DNA of 64,000 nucleotides from Veleropilina oligotropha (Eukaryota): NCBI GenBank assembly GCA_048128005.1, contig JBEUKZ010000070.1, positions 310,001 to 374,000 of the forward strand, read 5' to 3'. Shown piece by piece: positions 49,141 to 60,657 of this stretch (position 1 is its first letter; each line of letters starts with the position of its first letter). The notes under the pieces were generated by a model. It saw only the letters and a program-made list of their open reading frames with translations, ran no database searches and was not told where the DNA came from. The position numbers and the translations under genes were made by a program.

Positions 49141-50746
49141 TCAAGACTTACGCAGTAGCACCTACATATTTTGATTTACTCGCTTGCCAAAACTCTATTC
49201 ATAGCAGTCAGCAATCAGTAGGCCAGAGGGAGAAGGGGGGGTATTACCACCGGAGTGGGGGCAAAATCTAATTTGGTTTTTCTGTAAGCATTTTTCCCCA
49301 GGAGTTCGAATCTGGGAGGTAATCAGTCAGGCGAGGGGCCGTTTCTGAGATATTTGAGGTCAAAGGTCACCAAAGGTCAGTAAAAGGAAAAATCGCCTGA
49401 ATGAGAAAATGGATGTGTTCGGCATCTAAATTTATTATAGTCATGTGAAACTGGACAAAGCATCCTCTAGAATCGTTACGAACATCTGTGACTTCATAAT
49501 GTGAGACGTAATAGTCCCATAACACTATCATGTGACGTCATCAGAGTCGAATTGGGAAATAAGTCTAATCTCGAATCACTGCGTCACAAATGCAAATTAT
49601 AACCAGTGACCATGTAGCCGGTATCATAAAACAACAACGATAGCAGCAGGGGGGGTGACCATACCTTTTATGTGGGGGCGCGGCGAGGGAAATTAAGGCT
49701 CCCAGCACCTTTTCAGAATTAATATGGATCTCAACTCAGCAGCAGGGGGGGGTGATTGGACTTTTTAGAATGGGAAAATAAGGCTCCCAGCACTATTTCA
49801 GAACTGAGCTGGTATTACTGAGGGGGACTAGGGAGTTTAGACTAGGGCTCCGGGGCCCACTGTGGAGGCTCCCAGCACCCTTCAGACCCGAGGGTAGGGA
49901 TTGTATTACAAAAAGTTACCGTGTGTACAGAGAGCGCACTACCCCAGCCGGGCCTGGTGTATGTTTGTATCCGTGTCGAGAACTGTCTAGACTGTCGGCG
50001 GACAGGCTCTGTGATATTCGGGCTTGATATCTTGGTGTCTATTCTAGAATCATCGCGTCTATTCTAGATCATTCTAGAAGCTGTATTGCCTCGTGACGGA
50101 TGAGTCTAAGAATAGAATACTGTAACCACGTAAACAAGGTTACAAGAAAATTTGTTCTGTGCTAAACGGAAGTGTGGTTACAAGAAAAAAATTTCTGGGT
50201 CAATCTTTCTTCACTAAGCCAAATCTTTTTATATCTGGGTCGACTCGGCGGCTGTCGCAGCTGTGCGAGGTATTTCATTCATAAATCGGACAATGGATCG
50301 ACCTGCACGCGCCGAAGCAGCCAGACAACATTTCTATAGTACACAGATATAGCGTGTCATGCTTTTAACGACTGTTGCCATTCATAAATCGGGCACGAAT
50401 GAACCAACAGTAGATGGCTGACTGGGATATTAATATTATTATTTAATACGTTGATGTCTCTCCTAGTGTAGCTCTAAGCGCAGTACAAACTATAACTAAT
50501 ATTACAGTACAATGTACACAAGAATATACAGGAGAGACATCAATGATACATACTATGAATGCACTAAGCAATAATAATAATAAACAGAATATTTTTTTCG
50601 AGTTTTTCAATTTTATCTTTTTTTTTTTACAAGCGCAATCAGACAAAGAGGTGAAGCAGCCCCTGCGTGAACTTCAACCAACTTTGAATGGTACAATATA
50701 CGCAGGGGAAAGCCGGAAAAATATGTTTTAATGCAGGAGCAGCTGT

Positions 50747-51172
50747 TTATATGAATATATAGTTACCGCTTGCTAGACTGCAATTGCAGGACGAGATGTG
50801 CCCGATCTGATTCCACGAACCCCTGCAGTCGGTAGACAGCATCGAAAAGTACTGCCCATGCTTCCCGCGACATAAGGACGGCTCGGCGCATTCGATGCAT
50901 ACAACAGTATTGGGATCTGGGCCACAGTAATTCTCTCCGATAATAAAATAGTGGCATGACGGTGGGGCGACATCAGGGGTGGGGTCTCCCGGGCGAAGAA
51001 GCAAGTTTCTACGCAAGGGGTCAAATCGGGCGTTATACCTGGGATGATTTCGGTACCTAGCCCACGTATGTTCCAGAATTAATGCAGTGTTGTGTGTCGA
51101 CGTCTGGGTGGAGATACCCCCTAGCCAGCACACCGCAGCAATGCACAGTAGCATAGATTTCATGGATTTCAT
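50747..51172 (-). CDS. Viral secreted Cys-rich protein (intact)
   Basis: Signal peptide, Pro-rich linker, 8-Cys domain ending CNC. Confidence 0.85.
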   Translation of the reverse strand: MKSMKSMLLCIAAVCWLGGISTQTSTHNTALILEHTWARYRNHPRYNARFDPLRRNLLLRPGDPTPDVAPPSCHYFIIGENYCGPDPNTVVCIECAEPSLCRGKHGQYFSMLSTDCRGSWNQIGHISSCNCSLASGNYIFI

Positions 51173-51254
51173 GGTTGTCCAGATATCACTGTCGATTTCT
51201 AGCTTTAATACGGGGGAGGAGGGGGGTAGTCGTGGCTACGCTCAACCTGGATAG

Positions 51255-51887
51255 TTAGTCGCCAGCCCCGATTTTTTTCAGCAGCTCTGCGCGACCCTCT
51301 TTACGGCCACGCTCAATAAGCTCGCTTTGGGTCTGTGAAATCGCGGTGTGCGCCTTCCTACTCTTATCCCGAATTGATGCCTTCATGGCTTGGTATTTCT
51401 CCATCTCCCCTGTGACCAGTTGGAATTCATCATCAGACATCACCCCGTCCGCTAAGGCCTTTGAGACGTGGTCGGTTATGGTATTCAGCTTGCTGTCGGC
51501 CAGGACTCGAATCTCGTCGTGTTTCTTAGCCTTCACCCCGAGGCGCCGGCTGATATATTTCCCACCCATACTGGCGAGCCCACACCCTAATGCCACTAAT
51601 TCCAGCACTAGGACAACAGGTGCGGCAACAATTGTGGAAAGTAGACCAATTCCAGCGCTACCCATACCAAGTGTGGCGACGACTAGTCCGTTATCTATCC
51701 CGTCAACGACGTTAACACCTCGTCGGTACTTTTTATATAATGCAGCCCGTGTGTCCCTCTCTCGTTCTAATTGTCCCTGAAGCTCATTCACTTTCTGTAG
51801 TCGGAAAGACTGTGCCTCATGCAGTTCCGAAATCCCATCGCCACCAAGCTGTGGGTACAGCATTGGCGCTGAGGGTGTGTTGTCCAT
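51255..51887 (-). CDS. Viral membrane protein with PSAP and LYPxL motifs
   Basis: PSAPMLYPQL; colinear with 22517-23152. Confidence 0.85.
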   Translation of the reverse strand: MDNTPSAPMLYPQLGGDGISELHEAQSFRLQKVNELQGQLERERDTRAALYKKYRRGVNVVDGIDNGLVVATLGMGSAGIGLLSTIVAAPVVLVLELVALGCGLASMGGKYISRRLGVKAKKHDEIRVLADSKLNTITDHVSKALADGVMSDDEFQLVTGEMEKYQAMKASIRDKSRKAHTAISQTQSELIERGRKEGRAELLKKIGAGD

Positions 51888-52227
51888 CTATACGTGGCTG
51901 TATTGTTCCGCCGGTTGATTCCCCTTGTCTGCCGTAACGTTCAAATACAGAGTGCCGACCCACGGGGCCTTGATGGCAAAGGCGAGGGTCAACCTGTCCG
52001 AATTCAGGCCAAGCTTACTTATGGAACATTAGGTGGATCATTAGAAGGGCTGGGTTCAACCCGAACCGACCTCTAGTGTTTGGAAACATGAACTCCCTCC
52101 TCGCCAGCCCCTTATTGGGCGCTACCCCACAATTAAGGACAAAGTGCCACCGGGTCGGGGGGGAAGAGGGCTCATCTGCAAGCAGAGGTGTGTGGGGTAG
52201 GGGGAGGGTCCCGTAGATGCTGCTCAT
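51888..52227 (-). pseudogene. Viral hypothetical protein with a frameshifting deletion
   Basis: Homolog of 23149-23510 missing ~30 bp at ~52030. Confidence 0.6.
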
Positions 52228-52964
52228 TATATCGCAAGGACTGCGGTAATGGGCATGCCGTGATTGTCTAGCAGGTTACCATCTGCGTCTGTGACGTACA
52301 CCTTCAACTCTGTGATTAGCCCGGCCTGTAGTCGCCGGCCGGCGGGATAGCTATGATAGTGGCCAGCTTCACCGAACATCTGCGACGTGATAGGGACCAC
52401 CGCGAGAATAGTGCTCGGGGCGCCGTCCTTCACATTGTGCGTTGTACTGAGCTGCTCCAGGTGAACGTGTAGGGTCGCTGCAATGGCAAACCCGACAGGC
52501 TTATTCCCGTCATAAGTCCCAGGGCGTAGCCACTCGGATCTCTCCGGAGGGGGAGGTGGTTGGCCCTGTACTCCCCGAACCGGTGGGTTCAGATTCCCTG
52601 CTTTATCGAGAATAAACGAAGACAGGTTTAAGCCGAGGAGTTTTTGTATATCGTCGCTTATCGCGAGTAGAGTCCCCTCTGGGACCACGATTCGGGCGAG
52701 CCCGCTAGCATGGCTTACATCTAGCTGTATGTTAACTAGCGACATCTTCATCGTCTTGGCGAGGTCAGCGAAGCTGTAGAAACCTGGTGCCACGTCGACC
52801 GTGGTATCCGGGGTCTTAAAGAAGGCTCCGGCATGCACATTATGCCAGCCTACCCAATAGTCGAGCGACTGCAAGCTGACACATAGCTTGCCGTCCCAGT
52901 TATCAATCGGCTCCAGGAGGGCAACCGCGGTCCCCTCTTGAACGTTTGTTAATGTGTGGAACAT
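52227..52964 (-). CDS. Minor capsid (penton-like, single jelly-roll) protein
   Basis: 245 aa; PGFYS, ILAVVP, LKVYVTDADGNLLDNHG pattern resembling Polinton-type minor capsid proteins. Confidence 0.75.
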   Translation of the reverse strand: MFHTLTNVQEGTAVALLEPIDNWDGKLCVSLQSLDYWVGWHNVHAGAFFKTPDTTVDVAPGFYSFADLAKTMKMSLVNIQLDVSHASGLARIVVPEGTLLAISDDIQKLLGLNLSSFILDKAGNLNPPVRGVQGQPPPPPERSEWLRPGTYDGNKPVGFAIAATLHVHLEQLSTTHNVKDGAPSTILAVVPITSQMFGEAGHYHSYPAGRRLQAGLITELKVYVTDADGNLLDNHGMPITAVLAI

Positions 52965-52968
52965 AGCT

Positions 52969-54246
52969 ATGGCTAAGAGCGCCTTTGCATTTAATAGGAG
53001 TGCGGCCTATCCGACCGGTGTGGTGTACCCAGCAAAGATCAAAGATGAGCAGTTTACGAGACCAAGCATCAATGTGGGTAATAGCTCAACCACTACATTC
53101 GGGGCAACATACCCCGACGTCTTTCAGAAATACCGCCTCCCTCACGTCGCTAGTGACGGGCTGATAAGGGCCTGGCAGACCACGCCGATGCGGTTCTGGC
53201 AGAACAAAGTCAATTTCGCAGTTTGGTGTGCCACAACAGGTTCCGGTATCTCCTCAGAAGACCACTTGAATGCTACTGCAGCCCTCTCCGCTGCTGTATT
53301 CACCTTCCACGTCTACTATCAGGTCAGAAGGATCTTGACCGAGATTCAGGCGCCGCTGCCACAAGACAGGACGTGGGACGCATTCGACACTCCGTATGAT
53401 CGAAGAGCATATGAGAAGATCTGCAGCGAGTTTGGAGTGTCTCCACATACCGACTGGCGTGTCAAGGGTCCCAATAAAGGGCTCGGCACTGCCTACAACT
53501 ACTGGACGAACAACGGATACCACTCCATCGGAAAGGATTACGATCCCAGCTGGATGTCCTTCGCCAAAACGAAGGACCTACATGTGGACTATATAGCACA
53601 GGATGCAGGCACTTCGTGGGCTACTTTTATTCTGGACAAGTCGGTGGGATTCACCCAGGCCGGCGTGGAGAGGCTCAATGATTCCATTAGGACCTATGTC
53701 TGGGCGATTCTTGGAGCGCAGGCTCAGACACGCACAAGTATTCTGGGGAGTGGTACCGCATTCGACGCGCAAAAGCAATTTCTGTCAAACGTCGAAGATG
53801 CCATCTCATCTCCAGTGGACCTCCCAGCAGCAATCCAACGGTACCAGGACGTTTTGCAGTATGCCAGGTCTAAAGTAGACTTCGTATTCGGCGTCGGCCT
53901 TTACATGGCGCCAAGTGACATGCTCCTTCGGGTAGGGCATGTGGCTGGGTATAACAACGAAATCGTCGTTGCCACGGAAGCCCAGACCCTAGGTCTTAAT
54001 ACTACGGTCAACGCGGCCAATCCTGTGCCGCTCAACGCCACTGGGGAGACTGGAGAAACAGGATTGGTCATCCCACAAGACGCCGTCTTACCCGCAGATG
54101 CGGTCACTCCGAAGCATCGTGGCTCTCTGCCGGCTGTGGCCCCAGTGGCAGCTGTTTCAGCTGGGGCAACCAAACATGACGAGGATAAAACCGCACTTAT
54201 CGTGGGCGGCATTGTCGTTGGCCTAGCGTTCATTTGGCTTACGTGA
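52969..54246 (+). CDS. Viral conserved hypothetical protein with C-terminal TM anchor
   Basis: Homolog of 24254-25528. Confidence 0.85.
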   Translation: MAKSAFAFNRSAAYPTGVVYPAKIKDEQFTRPSINVGNSSTTTFGATYPDVFQKYRLPHVASDGLIRAWQTTPMRFWQNKVNFAVWCATTGSGISSEDHLNATAALSAAVFTFHVYYQVRRILTEIQAPLPQDRTWDAFDTPYDRRAYEKICSEFGVSPHTDWRVKGPNKGLGTAYNYWTNNGYHSIGKDYDPSWMSFAKTKDLHVDYIAQDAGTSWATFILDKSVGFTQAGVERLNDSIRTYVWAILGAQAQTRTSILGSGTAFDAQKQFLSNVEDAISSPVDLPAAIQRYQDVLQYARSKVDFVFGVGLYMAPSDMLLRVGHVAGYNNEIVVATEAQTLGLNTTVNAANPVPLNATGETGETGLVIPQDAVLPADAVTPKHRGSLPAVAPVAAVSAGATKHDEDKTALIVGGIVVGLAFIWLT

Positions 54247-55556
54247 CCCACTGTCTAGCGGCAATAAGAAGCAAGCCCCCAACTGATATGACCAGTGCCC
54301 ATAGGTTTTCAGCGAGCCACGATGCTGTCTTGCCAATCAGGTTGATTAGCCAGGAGACCAGGCTTCCAAGTATTCCGGGGAGCGCGGCTGCGGCCTTCCC
54401 TGCTAGTTTGCCTAGAATCCGACCCAGGTTCTGCAGCTGCTTTTTGACCCACTCCTTGACCCCGCCCTGACCACTGGGAGGTGGTGGTGTTGGTGCGATG
54501 CTCGGCGCTCCGCCTGTCAGGGCTAGTACCAAAGTCGAGATAGCCAACCCAATAGCGGTCAGTATTGTTGCGATCGTAACCCCCTGCTCGCGAAATAGGG
54601 TCCGGATACGCTCGGCCAGCGTGGTATCTGAGTGGAGTATCCGATTTAGCATCTCTCGGATCCGGCTGATTTGAGAGCGTAGGGCGTCCCGGCTTGATGA
54701 GGCTGCCTCTAGGCGAGCTGCTCGTTCATCGTTTAAGTTGCGCAGACGTTCCGCGATCCGTCGACGAATAAACTCATCCACACCGCCCTCTTCATCGGCC
54801 CGATCGAGCTTGCTCTTCTCCAGCTCTATGTGTTCGTCCAGCGCTGTTAGTTTGGCTAGATTGTTAGTGAGCTCGCCTCGAATGGTCTGCATCGCCTTGT
54901 CAAGTCCGCGAAGCTCGCGGAGGTTTAATGGAGGGTCCCCCATTGTGCCTAAGATTTCTTCAACCTCGGTATCAGTGAATTCCGTCTCCATCGTGTGGAT
55001 TGCTACCGAGGCATCAGTAGCAGTCTGCCCCAAGTCCCGCAGTTCTACGTTTTCGACGTTAGCGGCCGCACCGCTCAACTCAGTGTCGGCTGCCTGAAGA
55101 GCTGCAACCACTTTTGAGGACAGCTTTTGTCCCCCCCCCTCCCCGCTTCCAGTTTACAAAACCCAGATCTCGGATGGCATCACCCCCACCAGGCCGGCCA
55201 GCTATTGTTGACAACGACAAGGGGTTGCCGGTGCGAGAATTGATGAGATTGATGTCGGGGTGGTTCGTCATCATCAATTTTCCCCCCCGCCCTAATTTTC
55301 CCGCCACGTACTTGAATTTTGAATAATGTCGCCCTGCTGCGGGGGTCTGCCCCTCCTGTGCCAGGGCTTTGTAGTAGTCGTCAACCACGCCCTGAACGAG
55401 CTCTTGCCGCAGACTGCTGGTTCCTTCCTGTGGCCGTTCCGAAAGAACAGGCATAAACCGGTCGGTGGATCTATCCACATCAATATCGTCGACGATGGTA
55501 TCATCGTTGTCGATGAGATCGTCAGGCTCGAATGCGGGGTTCTCGAATTCCGCCAT
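54239..55556 (-). CDS. Viral coiled-coil/membrane protein, frame change at a G-run (~55135)
   Basis: ORFs 55080-55556 and 54239-55111 join at the G-run; homolog of 25521-26786. Confidence 0.8.
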
Positions 55557-55592
55557 TTGAATACATCAGTGGGATACGCATCTAATTCCGCC

Positions 55593-56917
55593 ATGACCAG
55601 CGTATACGGACGCAAGCTTAATCCATACCGCAGACTGCGTGAGCCCCTCGCGGTCAAGGGCATCCGCCAGTCGGTCACGATTACAAACAATCCATCAACG
55701 ATTGCCCCGAACCAGCAGCTCCTGGTTCGGTTCCCTAATCTCGGGGCGAATGACGTGATCGTTCCAGGGACTGCCCACCTTGCATTTACCATCTCTCTGA
55801 CCTCGGTAAATGTGAATAGGACTGTAGTGCAAAATATCGGCCGTGCCGTGATCAGAAAGACCACGATAAAGATAAGTGGAAACGAGATCATGTCGATTGA
55901 CGACTCCGACGTGTACCACTGCTACTGCGATCTCTGGAAGACCACAGGGGAGCGCAAGAACGCCCAGTACCAGGGGATTGATACCAGCGATGGACACAAC
56001 ACAACGAAGCATCGTGTTGGTGCGGCAGATGCCTTCAGACTGTCTGAGGATGTCGCGGTCGCGGCCGCATACGGTACGCGGTCGCGGCCGCGTACGGTAA
56101 CCGATTCCGCATCCCGCTGGATTTCGAGCTGTTGGAAAGTCACATGCCATTCTATCAAAGCACCCTTGGAGACCGTCTCGAGTATGAGCTAACGTTCAAC
56201 GACTACTCCCGGACTATCCGGGATACGGACGACTCCGGTTCCAGCTATTCCATCGACAATATATCCCTCGAATATGACATGGTAACCCAATCCGAGCTTG
56301 CCAGACGGATTCGAAATCAATACCAGGGTCAACTCGTAATCCTGTACGACCGTGTTCTCCGGCATCGGAAGCTCACCCTAGACAAGAGCGACTCGTTGTG
56401 GAATATGAATGTGAACGTACCGGCGAGGTCGATGAAAGGAATACTACTGTTGTTCGAGGACCCTGCGAGAGACGCCGCGCCATTCTCTCGCGATACTGAG
56501 GCCTTCTATAATCCGAAGATCACAAAGGTCGAGGTCACAATCGAGGGTGTCCCGAATCAAATCTACAGCCAGGGCATGCGAACATACCAGATCTGGGAAG
56601 AAGCCAAGAAAATGTTCGCCTCCGGCAGCAGCAAGCGGCATCCTGAGGTCGCGATGGTCGCAAAGGACTTGGAGATGGCAGACGTCACCCTGGGCGAATT
56701 TCTGACTAAGAAATTTGCGCTCTGGATCGATATGCGGGTAACTGACGATGATCAGTTGCACGGGTCAGGCCGGAGGGTCGAGAACGCCAGCGAAGGCATT
56801 ACTATTCAGATCACTAAAACAGCCGAAGCGGCCGGTCCACTGAACGTCTACGAGTTCGTGATCATGGACGCACAGCTGAATATCGAGAATGGCCGATTCG
56901 TCGAAGCACTGTACTAA
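55593..56917 (+). pseudogene. Putative major capsid protein, frameshifted by a 23-bp tandem duplication
   Basis: Duplication 56054-56076 / 56077-56099; removing it gives a 434-codon frame colinear with element 1. Confidence 0.75.
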
Positions 56918-57521
56918 ACGATTTCCGCACACCAAGGACCCCCACTCCGCAATCATCTGCGGCCAGACGGGCTGTGGGAAGACGGTTTTCATGCTTGGAC
57001 TTCTGGAAGGGGAGTATCGAGGCGTCTTCCGGCATATCGTGATCCTCTGCCCCACGATCAAGTTCAACAAGGCATACCAGTCTTGTCCGTGGATCTGGAC
57101 CGACCCTGAGGTGTATTTGATCCCCCCTGGTGAGCGACTCCATGACTGGCTGCGGGGGTTCTACCGACTGTTTCAGGGGGAATCAACTTTATATATCATC
57201 GACGACTGCGCCGCGAGCAAGGCTATGGCAAAGAAACGGGACATGCTGACTTTGTTGGCCTTCAGCGGCAGGCATGCCGAACAGAGCGTATGGGTAGTGA
57301 CGCAAAAGTACAACTCGGTCTTGAAGGAGCTCAGAGAGCAGACCCGCTGGGTCGCGCTGTTCCATTGCAAGGACCGCGACAGTTTCGAGGACTGTCTGCG
57401 CGAGAACGATGTAATCCCGTCGCGGGACGAGAGAACCGCGGTTCGCCGGCTGTTGGCCGAGACACGACACGCTAAGCTTCTGTTGAAAACTGATCAGCCC
57501 ATTGCTTATAGTGTGCTTTAG
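56889..57521 (+). CDS. A32-like packaging ATPase
   Basis: GQTGCGKT, YIIDD, SGRH, VVTQ. Confidence 0.92.
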   Translation: MADSSKHCTKRFPHTKDPHSAIICGQTGCGKTVFMLGLLEGEYRGVFRHIVILCPTIKFNKAYQSCPWIWTDPEVYLIPPGERLHDWLRGFYRLFQGESTLYIIDDCAASKAMAKKRDMLTLLAFSGRHAEQSVWVVTQKYNSVLKELREQTRWVALFHCKDRDSFEDCLRENDVIPSRDERTAVRRLLAETRHAKLLLKTDQPIAYSVL

Positions 57522-57552
57522 CATCTGCCTAGCATCTACAGCACTACCTAGC

Positions 57553-58294
57553 ATGTCGGATGCTGTATATCTAGCTTTTGCTTGCAGCCAGAGCCTAATC
57601 TTGCTCCTACTCGCAACGTTATGGTATTGGCATTATCGCTATATTAGACTGACGAGGAGATGTTGGAAACGCTTAAGGATGGACAGCCTCATCGATCAAC
57701 TTATGGATGACGAACAAGAAATGACCGTGGCCGGGCCACCCCGCTCGATGCCCGAGGACCCTAAAACCGGCGTAGCAGAGAAACGGGAGAGGCTTGCAGC
57801 ATTAGCCATTGGAGGACAGGCAGGCAAATACTTGGGGGGGGAGCAACCTCACAGTTGACCGGATCGACGCTATGACCGACGAAGAGGTTGAAAAACACTA
57901 CGCACGGTATGAAGTGAGGTTAGGTGCGGAGATGACGAAGACCCTGGGGACTGCAGCTATAAACCTCTATGCGGGGGCAGCTGGGATGCTCTTGCCCATC
58001 CCACCACAAAATCAGCTACGTTTGATTGCTGACCTCGAGGCCGACCCTTTCATCTCACATGCGCTGTGCACTGCAAGCTGTGAGCTGTATCACAAGTACG
58101 GCATGTACCTCGCACCGCTGACCGCAGCGTTGACCACGGCTAAGCACTGCCGATTTGGACATGTCTGCCCGCCTAAAATACCAGAGCGAGATCAAGATGA
58201 CAACGCAGGAAGTGGACCAAACGATGTCGAGCCAGCCGATCGAGAGCCAGCCGATAGAGAGGGTGACTTCATCGACAGACTCATCAGTGAGTAA
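57553..58294 (+). pseudogene. Viral N-terminal TM protein, frameshift in a G-run at ~57838
   Basis: Homolog of 28783-29439. Confidence 0.7.
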
Positions 58295-58688
58295 AAAGGA
58301 CCCGAAAAAAGTGGCTGCAGGTCGGGCCGGCGCTGCTGCTCGAAAAGCCAAGCAGGAGAAGCTACTGGCCGCGGTTCGAAAAATGAAAGAAGACCTGAGT
58401 GCCCCAACAAGTGTTGTCGTTCCATCAGAACAGCCCGGGGAGGCGGTTCCAGCCGCAGAAAGACTGCGTGCGCCAGATACACGGAAATCGGACCTATTTA
58501 ATTGGACCCAGGTAGCCGTCGCTGCCGGTACGGTTGCGTTGGTATTTGTTGTCTGGAAGACGTCCTCAGAACGCAGCAACCCTGGTCCATCCACACCACA
58601 TCAACAGCCACCAGACGCGGATGCTAGGCAGCCTCGGGCCGCCCCCACTATCGAATTGAAGAAGCAGAACCCTTTTCATATGCAATAG
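58197..58688 (+). CDS. Viral basic-motif/TM protein
   Basis: KKDPKKVAAGRAGAAARKAKQE. Confidence 0.75.
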   Translation: MTTQEVDQTMSSQPIESQPIERVTSSTDSSVSKKDPKKVAAGRAGAAARKAKQEKLLAAVRKMKEDLSAPTSVVVPSEQPGEAVPAAERLRAPDTRKSDLFNWTQVAVAAGTVALVFVVWKTSSERSNPGPSTPHQQPPDADARQPRAAPTIELKKQNPFHMQ

Positions 58689-58713
58689 TCGCAAACGGTA
58701 CTAATCAACAGTT

Positions 58714-58953
58714 ATGACTACCCCAATCACTGATGGAAAGATGCTCGGCAACGCTGTATACCACGCCGCTATAGTGTCAGGCCTCGCCATAGGCTACGCA
58801 CGCCTGACAAAGATGGTATTCAAGGGGGCGAGCCCCAAACTTGACTTCACGGGGTACGATGTCGGGATGGTCGTCCTCGACGTAGCGCTCGCCATGGCGA
58901 CGAAGGACATGCTGATCAAGCAAGGCATCATTCCGGCCGACGTTTTGAAGTAG
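58714..58953 (+). CDS. Small hydrophobic viral protein (79 aa)
   Basis: Homolog of 29975-30214. Confidence 0.85.
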   Translation: MTTPITDGKMLGNAVYHAAIVSGLAIGYARLTKMVFKGASPKLDFTGYDVGMVVLDVALAMATKDMLIKQGIIPADVLK

Positions 58954-58984
58954 TGTGACCTTGCTAGATAATCGCAGCATTTCA

Positions 58985-59416
58985 ATGGCTTCCATTGCGA
59001 TGCTGGTTGGGGGCGCTCTCGTCAACGCCCTCGCCTTCAGCGGCTCCAACTTCCTCTTCTCGAAGCTACGCAGCTCCGGTGTTGATGCGGAGCGTAAACG
59101 CCACGACATTGCTGTAGAGCAGCTCAACGCCGCGCAGACTAAATGGTCCCACAAGAGGGCAGAGCGTCTCGACTGGCTGAACGTTGAACTTCGCCGCCAG
59201 GGTCACGCCGTTGGGACATTCCGAGATGTTGACGCCGCTATCCGTGAGTATGCATTGATCACCGGCAAGAAACTTGACCCCACCGCTATAGGAGGTGGCC
59301 CTGAGCCCCAGCTGTCTGACTACTACACACCGAGCGATGCCCAGAAGGGACGTGAGATCACCTTCATCATCCTCGGGATGGCTGCGACTGGGTTGGTAGC
59401 CTACAAGCTCGCCTAA
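58985..59416 (+). CDS. Viral protein with hydrophobic termini
   Basis: Homolog of 30245-30676. Confidence 0.85.
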   Translation: MASIAMLVGGALVNALAFSGSNFLFSKLRSSGVDAERKRHDIAVEQLNAAQTKWSHKRAERLDWLNVELRRQGHAVGTFRDVDAAIREYALITGKKLDPTAIGGGPEPQLSDYYTPSDAQKGREITFIILGMAATGLVAYKLA

Positions 59417-59458
59417 TTATTTCTATAGTGAACATTTTTTTCGTTGGCATGTATAGTA

Positions 59459-59680
59459 ATGGGGCTCCCAGAAGAGCTGTACTGCGCTATGCTTGCGGTC
59501 GGCTATAGTACTACGTTACTCGACTGCTGGCGCCGCGACGAAAAGACTATGGTGCGGTTCGCGGTCCTGGTGCTCTCGGGCCCGACCAACCTTTGGGCGA
59601 CCACTGCGCAGCGACCGGCTCCGGAAGCTGAAGCCTGTTGGAGACTGATCAGTTTACTGGAATACATTGCTGATGGATAG
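59459..59680 (+). CDS. Small viral hypothetical protein
   Basis: Homolog of 30686-30970. Confidence 0.55.
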   Translation: MGLPEELYCAMLAVGYSTTLLDCWRRDEKTMVRFAVLVLSGPTNLWATTAQRPAPEAEACWRLISLLEYIADG

Positions 59681-60657
59681 TAAGCTTGCGAGGATATACT
59701 ACAGCCCTAAGGGCTACTGGAAAGGCATTGCCGCGATAAAGAAACTAGCTGAGGCTGCCAAGGCGTCTGAAGTGGCAGCCCGGACATGGCTTAAGAGGCA
59801 GGCTATATGGCAGATCTATTTACCTGCGCCACGGCGGATTCCAAGACCACGGTTTGACGTTACGACGCCGAACGAGGTTCACCAAGCCGATCTCCTGTTT
59901 CTGCCCCATGACAAGGTCGGCCGTAAAACGTACAAGTACGCTTTGACTGTGGTTGATGTGGCCAGTCGCTTTAAAGAGGCTGAGCCTCTGGTCACAAAAG
60001 AGGCCAAAGGGGTTGCTGAAGCACTAGCCCGTATCTACAGGCGGAGTCCTCTTAGCTGGCCGAAACTGCTTCAAGTCGACCCAGGGCGAGAGTTTATGGG
60101 CACGGTTTCCCAGCTGCTGGCTACACATACCGTCGAGGTTAGGCGTGGCCGTGTGGATATCCATCGCGATCAGGGCATTGTGGAGCGCTTCAACCGGACG
60201 CTCGCTGAGCGGCTCTTCGGGCACCAGTATGCAACAGAGATGAGTTTTACAGGGTCAAAGGTCAACTGAGTGGGTCGCCCGGTTACCTGCTGTAGTTGCG
60301 GCCTTGAATGGGGAAGTGACCAGGCTGACCGGTAAAAAGCCAAAGGATGCCATTAAGGCACCTCGCATTGCCCAAAAGCCCGGCGCCACTGTTCCAGACC
60401 AACAGGGGAAGGAACTGAAACTCCCCTCTGATGTAGATGTTCGTTACCTTTACTACGATGGTGAGCTGGAGGGGGGTCGTCGCCGTGCTACTGACCCGGT
60501 GTGGTCTCTAAGAGTTTACAGGCTTGGACGCTCCGTCACTAAGCCTGACGAGCCTGTGCTCTACTACTTGCTGGATGGACCACTGCGTGGGTTTGTTCGA
60601 GAGGAACTTCTCGTGGTGCCTCGTGATACCCAGCTGCCGCCGGTTCTCAGGCGTTAA
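59673..60657 (+). pseudogene. rve (DDE) integrase, frameshift near 60260
   Basis: IYYSPKGY, HQADLL, VDPGREF, VERFNRTL, RRRATDPVWS. Confidence 0.92.
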
